51,991 nt of DNA, taken from NCBI GenBank assembly GCA_050874685.1, contig JBNMLD010000001.1, forward strand, positions 1 to 51,991. The letters run 5' to 3'. The position numbers and the translations under genes were made by a program. Each line of letters starts with the position of its first letter. The first letter of the stretch is position 1. Positions 45,600 through 51,991 of this stretch are shown here, piece after piece. The notes below the pieces were generated by a model that was given only the letters and a program-made list of their open reading frames with translations, had not been told where the DNA came from and made no database searches. Source of the DNA: Candidatus Onthoplasma sp. Its GTDB lineage: Bacteria > Bacillota > Clostridia > Christensenellales > UBA1242.

Positions 45600-47132
45600 A
45601 TGCTTGCAAAGATATTATCATTCGGTTTAACAGGAATAACGGGCTATCCTGTTGAAATTGAATTAGACATAAATGCTGGTTTGCCAGGTTATGATGTGGT
45701 TGGCTTGGCAGATACAGCGATAAAAGAAAGTAAAGAAAGGGTAAAATCTGCTATTAAAAACAGCACATACAATTATCCAATAAACAAAGTTATTATCAAC
45801 CTTGCACCAGCAGACACTAAAAAAGAAGGCAGTATGTATGACCTGCCAATTGCGCTGGCTATGCTTATCGCTCAAGAAATATTGCCACAGCAAACAGTTA
45901 ATGGTTATGTTGTTTTGGGAGAATTGAGTTTGAATGGTGAAATACGCAAATTAAATGGTATTTTGCCAATGCTTATCAGCGCAAAACAAATGGGATATAA
46001 CAAGTTTATCATACCAGCTGACAATGCAATGGAAGCATCTTTTATAGATAAAATCGAGGTTTATCCAGTTAAAACATTAAAACAAACTGTTGACTTTTTA
46101 AAAGGTGACATCAGTTTGTTGCCAGCAGAAAACAAAACTTTTGAAAGTGCCTTAAAACAACACCATTTTTCACATGATTTTGCTTATGTGAAAGGGCAAG
46201 CAAGTGCGAAAAGGGCAATGGAAATAGCGGCAGCTGGCGGACATAATATTTTGCTTATTGGTCCACCAGGGGCTGGTAAAACAATGCTTGCAAAATGTTT
46301 TCCGTCAATTTTGCCAGATTTGACTTTTGAAGAAAGTTTGGAAGTTACAAAAATTCATAGCGTTGCAGGTGTGCTTGATGCAAATAAGGGCATTGTTGTA
46401 GAACGTCCGTTCCGTAGCCCGCATCACACTGCAACATTGATTGCTTTAACTGGTGGCGGGGCAAAGGCAAAGCCTGGTGAAATCAGTTTGGCACACAATG
46501 GTGTATTGTTTTTAGATGAAATGCCAGAATATAACCGCAACACAATTGAAACATTGCGTCAGCCTATGGAAGATGGCTACATTTCAGTTGCTAGAAATGC
46601 GCTTACAGTTCAATATCCTGCCAATTTTACACTTGTTGCCAGCATGAATCCGTGTCCATGTGGCTATTATGGCAGTGAAAAACATGAATGCACATGCACA
46701 CCTGCAAGCATTCATAAATATCTTTCAAAAATCAGCGGACCATTGCTTGACCGTATAGATTTGCATATTGAAGTTGATAGTGTTAATTATGAAGATTTAA
46801 CCACAGCAAAACTTGAAGAACCTAGCAGTGAAATCAAAAAAAGGGTGGATAAAGCAAGGCAAATTCAACTTGATAGATTTAAAGATAGCAAAATTTACTC
46901 GAACAGCAAAATGGGAGAGAAAGAGTTTAAAAAGTACTGTGCCTTGAATAAAGAATGTGCCGATTTGCTTGAACATGCCTTTACAAAATTGAATTTATCA
47001 GCACGTGCTTACAATCGCATTTTAAAAGTTGCAAGGACAATTGCAGACCTTGACGGCAAAGAGAATATTGAAAAGGCACACATTTTGGAAGCGATACAAT
47101 ATCGCTCATTAGATAAAAAATATACGGTTTAA
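45600..47132 (+). CDS. comM: YifB/ComM-family Mg-chelatase-like AAA+ ATPase
   Basis: Start moved to ATG 45600 (AAAGGAG RBS). Lon-protease-like N domain, Walker A GPPGAGKTM, Walker B LFLDEMPE, Cys cluster NPCPCGYYG..CTC. Confidence 0.9.
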   Translation: MLAKILSFGLTGITGYPVEIELDINAGLPGYDVVGLADTAIKESKERVKSAIKNSTYNYPINKVIINLAPADTKKEGSMYDLPIALAMLIAQEILPQQTVNGYVVLGELSLNGEIRKLNGILPMLISAKQMGYNKFIIPADNAMEASFIDKIEVYPVKTLKQTVDFLKGDISLLPAENKTFESALKQHHFSHDFAYVKGQASAKRAMEIAAAGGHNILLIGPPGAGKTMLAKCFPSILPDLTFEESLEVTKIHSVAGVLDANKGIVVERPFRSPHHTATLIALTGGGAKAKPGEISLAHNGVLFLDEMPEYNRNTIETLRQPMEDGYISVARNALTVQYPANFTLVASMNPCPCGYYGSEKHECTCTPASIHKYLSKISGPLLDRIDLHIEVDSVNYEDLTTAKLEEPSSEIKKRVDKARQIQLDRFKDSKIYSNSKMGEKEFKKYCALNKECADLLEHAFTKLNLSARAYNRILKVARTIADLDGKENIEKAHILEAIQYRSLDKKYTV

Positions 47133-47133
47133 G

Positions 47134-48210
47134 ATGACAAATAAAGAAAAAAATATTTTGTGGCTGGATATGTTTCCAGTTTTAGGATATGCAAAGAAAA
47201 AGAAGTTGCTTGATATTGTTCAAGATGAAGATATCAAGTCATCTTTTTTGTATTTAAAGGCATTTAAAGATTTGCTGACAAGTGAAGAATATCAAAAGTT
47301 GGCAACAAATCTTGATGAAGAAACTTTTAACAAAACTTTAGATGAATATAGAAAACAAAACATTGAATGCATCACTATTTTTGATAATCGTTATCCAGAA
47401 CAATTGAAGCAAATTGAAAATCCGCCTTTGTGCTTATATTGCAAAGGGAACTTGCAATTATTATTATCCAATTGTATATCAATTGTTGGCAGTCGCAAAC
47501 CGACAGATTATGGCATTGTTACCACAAAAGAGTACGCAAAAGAGTTATCTCAAGCGGGCATCACTATTGTGTCAGGTATGGCAGTTGGAGTTGACACTTT
47601 GGCACATAAAACAGCACTTGAAAATAATGGTGCAACAATCGCTGTTTTGGCTGGTGGATTTAATCATATATACCCATCAACAAACATATCACTTTTTAGG
47701 CAACTGGTTGAAAATAATTTGGTTATAACAGAATCAAGCCCAAATGTTCAGCCATTGGGATATTTGTTCTTGTTGCGCAATCGAATTATTGCAGGTTTAA
47801 GCAAAGCAACAATTGTAACAGAAGCAACCGAAAAAAGCGGTTCATTATCAACATGTAATGATGCGTATATGGAAAATAGAAAGGTTTTTGCCGTGCCAGG
47901 CAAGATAAATGCGCCTTATTCTAGCGGTTGCAATAAGTTGATTATGGAGCATAAGGCCTGTTTAACAATGTCCCCTAAAGACATATTAAGTCAATTTGGC
48001 ATGGAACAGCAAAAGCAAAAAAAGGTTGCCATTCAACTTGACATTAAACAGCAAATTGTTATAGATTATATCCAGTTTGAAAAAAAGACTTTTCAAGAAA
48101 TTGCAGATTACACACATATTTCAGCTAGCGAATTGAACTCCATTTTGCTGGAACTTGAACTTGACGGTTTGGTGTATAAACTTGCAAACAACAGTTATAT
48201 AATGGCATAG
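47134..48210 (+). CDS. dprA: DNA processing protein DprA (Smf)
   Basis: IVGSRKPTDYG and SGMAVGVD Rossmann-like core, C-terminal winged-helix-like tail. Located before topA. Confidence 0.9.
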   Translation: MTNKEKNILWLDMFPVLGYAKKKKLLDIVQDEDIKSSFLYLKAFKDLLTSEEYQKLATNLDEETFNKTLDEYRKQNIECITIFDNRYPEQLKQIENPPLCLYCKGNLQLLLSNCISIVGSRKPTDYGIVTTKEYAKELSQAGITIVSGMAVGVDTLAHKTALENNGATIAVLAGGFNHIYPSTNISLFRQLVENNLVITESSPNVQPLGYLFLLRNRIIAGLSKATIVTEATEKSGSLSTCNDAYMENRKVFAVPGKINAPYSSGCNKLIMEHKACLTMSPKDILSQFGMEQQKQKKVAIQLDIKQQIVIDYIQFEKKTFQEIADYTHISASELNSILLELELDGLVYKLANNSYIMA

Positions 48211-48218
48211 GAGAAGTA

Positions 48219-50294
48219 ATGAAATTAGTATTAATAGAAGGTCCTGGTAAACGCGAAAGTATCAAAAAATATTTGGGTGATGAATATGTTGTATTCCCAA
48301 CCAAAGGTCATGTTCGTGATTTGCCTGCAAAAAGTTTTGCAATTGACCTTGAACATAACTACGAACCTACGTATGAAATCATTCCAGAGAAAAAGGCTTT
48401 GGTGGCGGAACTTAAACGTTTGGCAAGCAAAGCAGATGCTGTTTACCTTGCAACCGACCCGGATAGAGAGGGAGAAGCAATTGCATGGCATTTAGCAACA
48501 ATTTTAGGTTTGGATAAAGATGCTATGGTGCGCACAGCATTCAACGAAATCAGTAAAAAAGTGGTAAACGAAAGCATTGCAGACCCAAAACCACTTAATT
48601 ACGATTTGATAAACGCACAACAAGGTCGCCGTGTGCTTGATCGTATCATGGGTTATCAATTAAGCCCATTATTAAGCCGTAAAATTAGAGGCAAATTATC
48701 AGCAGGTCGTGTGCAATCAGTTACATTAAAATTGATTGTTGATCGTGAAAAAGCAATTCAAAACTTTGTGCCAGTTGAATACTGGAATATTTTTGCAAAT
48801 CTAAAAAAAGGCGAACAACCTTTTAGGGCAGAACTTATCCAATATAAAGACAAAAAGATTGAAGTTCCAAACAAAGAAACTGCAGATAAAATTTTGGCAG
48901 AGACTGAAAATGCAGAGTTTACAGTAAAATCAGTTGACCGCAAAGTTACATATAGCAAACCATTGCCACCATACACAACAAGCACATTGCAACAAGACGC
49001 TATCAAAAAATTGAAAATGACATCTGGCAGTTACACAAAATGCGCTCAAGCCTTGTATGAAGGTGTTATGATTGCAGGCGAAGGTAAAACAGCGCTTGTA
49101 ACTTATATTCGTACCGACTCCACACGTGTTAGTGTTGATGCTCAATTCGCTGCAAAAGATTATATTTTAAACCATTATGGTGAAAAGTACCATCCAGGCA
49201 AATTTAATGAATTTGTTGCAAAAAACAATGTTCAAGATGCGCACGAAGCAATTCGTCCTATCAATTTGAAATATACTCCTGAATTTTTGAAAGGTAAGGT
49301 TGAAGATACTTATTTAAAACTTTACACTTTGGTGTTTAAGCGATTTATTGCAAGTCAAATGAGTTTTGCTCAATATGATAGTTTGACAGTTGATGTTTTG
49401 GCAAATGATTATAAATTCCGTTCATCTGGCAAGGCTTTGATTTTTGACGGCTACACAAAAGTTTATAAAGTTCAAGACGAAGATAAAAATGGCATCAACA
49501 TTCCAGATTTAACAGAGGGAGAGATTGTTGGTAAAGAAAGTTTGACAAGCGAACAAAAATTCACAAAACCACCTGTTAGATTTGCTGAAGATACAATTAT
49601 TAAAGAAATGGAAGTGCAAGGCATTGGTCGTCCTGCAACTTATGCTTCAACAATTTCAACACTGTTTAATCGTGAATATATCAAAACTGAAAAGAAATAC
49701 CTTGTTCCAACTGAACTTGGGGTTAAGGTTACAGAATATTTGGAAGAATATTTTGCAAATGTCATGAACATCAAATTTACAGCAGAAATGGAAAAACAAC
49801 TAGATGATGTTGAATTGGGCAAAATCAAATGGCAGACAATTGTTGATGAATTTTATCAAGACTTCAAAAAACACATGGAATATGCTAGCCAACAAATGGG
49901 TGTCAGTATGCCAAAAGCAGAACCTGTTGCAAGTGATATAAAATGCGATAAATGTGGCTCTGTTATGGTTTATAGAGAAGGTAAGTTTGGCAAATTCTTG
50001 GCTTGTTCAAACTTCCCACAATGCAAGAACACACGAAACATTAACGAGCCAGAAGTGAAAGTTGAAGAAACTGGCATTTGCCCAAAATGTGGTGGAATTG
50101 TTAGTGCAAAATATAGCAAACGTGGCAAATTGTTCTTTGGTTGCAACAATTATCCAAAATGTGATTATATTTCATGGGATTTGCCATTGAATGAAAAATG
50201 TCCTAAGTGTGGCAGTCAACTTATAAAGCGTTTTGGCAAAAACAAAACAACAATAATGTGTTCAGGTAAAGGTTGCACTTATGTTAAAGATTAA
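48219..50294 (+). CDS. topA: DNA topoisomerase I
   Basis: Toprim ATDPDREGEAI, active-site Tyr in YIRTDS, three C-terminal CxxC...CxxC zinc ribbons. Confidence 0.95.
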   Translation: MKLVLIEGPGKRESIKKYLGDEYVVFPTKGHVRDLPAKSFAIDLEHNYEPTYEIIPEKKALVAELKRLASKADAVYLATDPDREGEAIAWHLATILGLDKDAMVRTAFNEISKKVVNESIADPKPLNYDLINAQQGRRVLDRIMGYQLSPLLSRKIRGKLSAGRVQSVTLKLIVDREKAIQNFVPVEYWNIFANLKKGEQPFRAELIQYKDKKIEVPNKETADKILAETENAEFTVKSVDRKVTYSKPLPPYTTSTLQQDAIKKLKMTSGSYTKCAQALYEGVMIAGEGKTALVTYIRTDSTRVSVDAQFAAKDYILNHYGEKYHPGKFNEFVAKNNVQDAHEAIRPINLKYTPEFLKGKVEDTYLKLYTLVFKRFIASQMSFAQYDSLTVDVLANDYKFRSSGKALIFDGYTKVYKVQDEDKNGINIPDLTEGEIVGKESLTSEQKFTKPPVRFAEDTIIKEMEVQGIGRPATYASTISTLFNREYIKTEKKYLVPTELGVKVTEYLEEYFANVMNIKFTAEMEKQLDDVELGKIKWQTIVDEFYQDFKKHMEYASQQMGVSMPKAEPVASDIKCDKCGSVMVYREGKFGKFLACSNFPQCKNTRNINEPEVKVEETGICPKCGGIVSAKYSKRGKLFFGCNNYPKCDYISWDLPLNEKCPKCGSQLIKRFGKNKTTIMCSGKGCTYVKD

Positions 50295-51585
50295 TATTAT
50301 TGGTGCAGGATTAGCAGGCAGTGAATGTGCTTTATACTTGGCAAATAAGGGCTATAAGGTTGACTTATATGATATCAAAACAACGGCAAAAACACCCGCT
50401 CATCACAGTGATGATTTTGCTGAAATTGTTTGCAGTAACTCGTTTAAAAGTGATGATGAAAATTCAGCATCAGGGCTTTTTAAACGAGAACTTTTGGCTT
50501 TAGGTAGCAAATTGGTTGAAACCGCTTATCAAGTCAAAGTTCCAGCGGGGCAGGCATTGGCTGTTGACCGTGAAATGTTTTCAAGCACAATAACAAATTT
50601 GTTAAAGACAAATAAAAATATAACAATTCATTGCCAAGATGTTGCAGATTTTGATTCGAATGCAATAACCATTGTTGCAACTGGCCCATTAACAACTGAA
50701 AACATGAGCAAAGCATTGCAAAGCAAATTAGGCCAACAATTCTTCTATTTTTATGATGCGGCAGCACCAATAATTTCAGCAGAATCTATCAATCTTGACA
50801 AAGCATTTTTTGGTGCACGTTATGGCAAAGGTGATGACGATTATTTAAATTGTCCATTGACAAAAGAGCAATATTTGAATTTTTATCATGAATTGATAAA
50901 AGCACAACGTGTTGAACTGCACGACTTTGAAAAAGGCAATATTTTTGAAAGTTGTATGCCAATAGAAATAATGGCTTCCCGTGGGGAAGATGCAATCAGG
51001 TTTGGACCGTTGAAACCAGTTGGATTTACAAATCCACATGATAATTCAAAACCTTATGCCATTGTTCAGTTGAGAAAAGAAAATAATTGTGCTACAATGT
51101 ATAATATGGTAGGGTTTCAAACCAATTTAACCTTTCCAGAACAAAAGCGAGTTTTTAGCCTTATTCCAGGGCTTGAAAACGCAACATTTTTAAGATATGG
51201 TGTTATGCATACCAATCATTTTGTTAATTTTCCAGCCTGCTTGGACAAATTCTCACGTTTGAAAGCGGATAACAATATTTTTATTGCAGGACAATTAAGT
51301 GGTGTAGAAGGGTATGTTGAAAGCATCGCAAGCGGACTGTATTGTGCAATTAACGTTGACAGAATGATAAAAAATAAGCCTTTAATTGAGTTTTCAGCAA
51401 ACACAATTATTGGTGGGCTATATAATTATCTTGTCAATGCCAACACAAATCATTTTCAGCCAATCAACGCAAATTATGGCATTTTAAATCCTATAAATAT
51501 GCGTGACAAAACTGAAAGGAACAAGTGTTATCGCATTAGGTCACTTGAAGAAATTAACAATATTGTTAAGCAAATTAATGATTAA
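50281..51585 (+). CDS. trmFO: methylenetetrahydrofolate--tRNA-(uracil54-C5)-methyltransferase TrmFO (Gid)
   Basis: IIGAGLAGSE FAD motif, full-length similarity pattern, position after topA. Overlaps topA by 14 nt. Confidence 0.95.
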   Translation: MLKINIIGAGLAGSECALYLANKGYKVDLYDIKTTAKTPAHHSDDFAEIVCSNSFKSDDENSASGLFKRELLALGSKLVETAYQVKVPAGQALAVDREMFSSTITNLLKTNKNITIHCQDVADFDSNAITIVATGPLTTENMSKALQSKLGQQFFYFYDAAAPIISAESINLDKAFFGARYGKGDDDYLNCPLTKEQYLNFYHELIKAQRVELHDFEKGNIFESCMPIEIMASRGEDAIRFGPLKPVGFTNPHDNSKPYAIVQLRKENNCATMYNMVGFQTNLTFPEQKRVFSLIPGLENATFLRYGVMHTNHFVNFPACLDKFSRLKADNNIFIAGQLSGVEGYVESIASGLYCAINVDRMIKNKPLIEFSANTIIGGLYNYLVNANTNHFQPINANYGILNPINMRDKTERNKCYRIRSLEEINNIVKQIND

Positions 51586-51632
51586 CCCAAATAGAAATAA
51601 TCTTTTTGGCAAACATTTAAAAGGAGATAAAA

Positions 51633-51991
51633 TTGGAACAATTTAGAGGTACAACCATTGTTGCGGTTAAGCGCAATGGCAAAACAGTTGTTGCTGGAGA
51701 TGGACAAGTCACCATGGGACAACAAGTTATATTTAAGGGCACAGCGCATAAAGTGCGCAGGCTTTTTGATGGCAAGGTTGTTGTTGGCTTTGCAGGAGGC
51801 ACAGCAGATGCGTTTGCCATGTGTGAAGAATTTGAAAAGTTGTTGAATAAATATAGTGGAAGTTTGATGCGCAGTGCGGTTGAATTTGCAAAAAATATTC
51901 GCAGTCAAGGTCACAATAATGCAGAAGCACTTATGATTGTTGCTGATAAGCAAACATTGCTTATCCTTTCAAGCATGGGCGATGTTATTGA
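51633..51991 (+). CDS. hslV: ATP-dependent protease subunit HslV (ClpQ), 3'-truncated by the window edge
   Basis: Not in the ORF track because it has no stop inside the window. TTG 51633, 6 nt after AGGAG. Translation MEQFRGTTIVAVKRNGKTVVAGDGQVTMG...GFAGGTADAF...EALMIVAD matches HslV. Confidence 0.85.
   Translation, partial: MEQFRGTTIVAVKRNGKTVVAGDGQVTMGQQVIFKGTAHKVRRLFDGKVVVGFAGGTADAFAMCEEFEKLLNKYSGSLMRSAVEFAKNIRSQGHNNAEALMIVADKQTLLILSSMGDVI

Noticed and set aside
51582-51953. Minus-strand ORFs of 123, 67 and 65 aa at the right edge of the window.
   Set aside because: The plus-strand frame encodes an unmistakable HslV N-terminus. It is missing from the ORF track only because it has no stop inside the window.
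1-51991. Scan for CRISPR arrays, IS elements or transposases, integrases, prophage genes, rRNA, and recognisable defence or toxin-antitoxin modules.
   Set aside because: No regularly spaced repeats, recombinase or transposase-like ORFs, or rRNA-like segments were seen. The only MazE/AbrB-fold gene is followed by an ABC transporter rather than a toxin.

Overview
The window is visibly AT-rich and almost entirely core housekeeping DNA of a Firmicutes/Bacilli-like organism. TGA is a stop here: rimM ends in TGA and overlaps the trmD ATG, so this is code 11, not a Mollicutes code. I support about 55 CDS, 2 tRNAs (Cys-GCA and Leu-CAA, minus strand), several intrinsic terminators and a set of consensus or extended -10 promoters. 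I saw no rRNA, CRISPR array, transposase, integrase or recognisable phage or defence gene.

Gene order reproduces well-known Bacillus subtilis blocks:
- ppdK
- pta-ackA
- rpmF
- plsX-rnc
- rpoZ-priA-def-fmt-rlmN ... rpe
- rsmE-mtaB
- hit, rpsU
- pcrA-ligA
- smc-ftsY-ylxM-ffh-rpsP-khpA-rimM-trmD-rbgA-rnhB-yraN
- rplS
- comM-dprA-topA-trmFO-hslV

Many genes normally found inside these blocks are missing: fabD/fabG/acpP, coaBC, rsmB, prpC/prkC/rsgA, xerC/codV. This suggests a reduced genome.

I do not see a convincing new multi-gene system. The best candidates for uncharacterised biology are:
1. A self-contained cassette of two paralogous ~115-aa proteins between ligA and smc.
2. An AbrB/SpoVT-like protein translationally coupled to an ABC ATPase and a 529-aa polytopic permease.
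3. A divergent pair of an orphan 235-aa protein and a DUF4364-like putative regulator.
4. An in-frame TAA that separates a plausible N-terminus from a SAM methyltransferase.
5. rplS displaced from trmD, with its own promoter and leader hairpin.
6. A probably leaderless orphan gene.

All calls were made by eye from motifs, synteny and start/RBS context. No database search was run.
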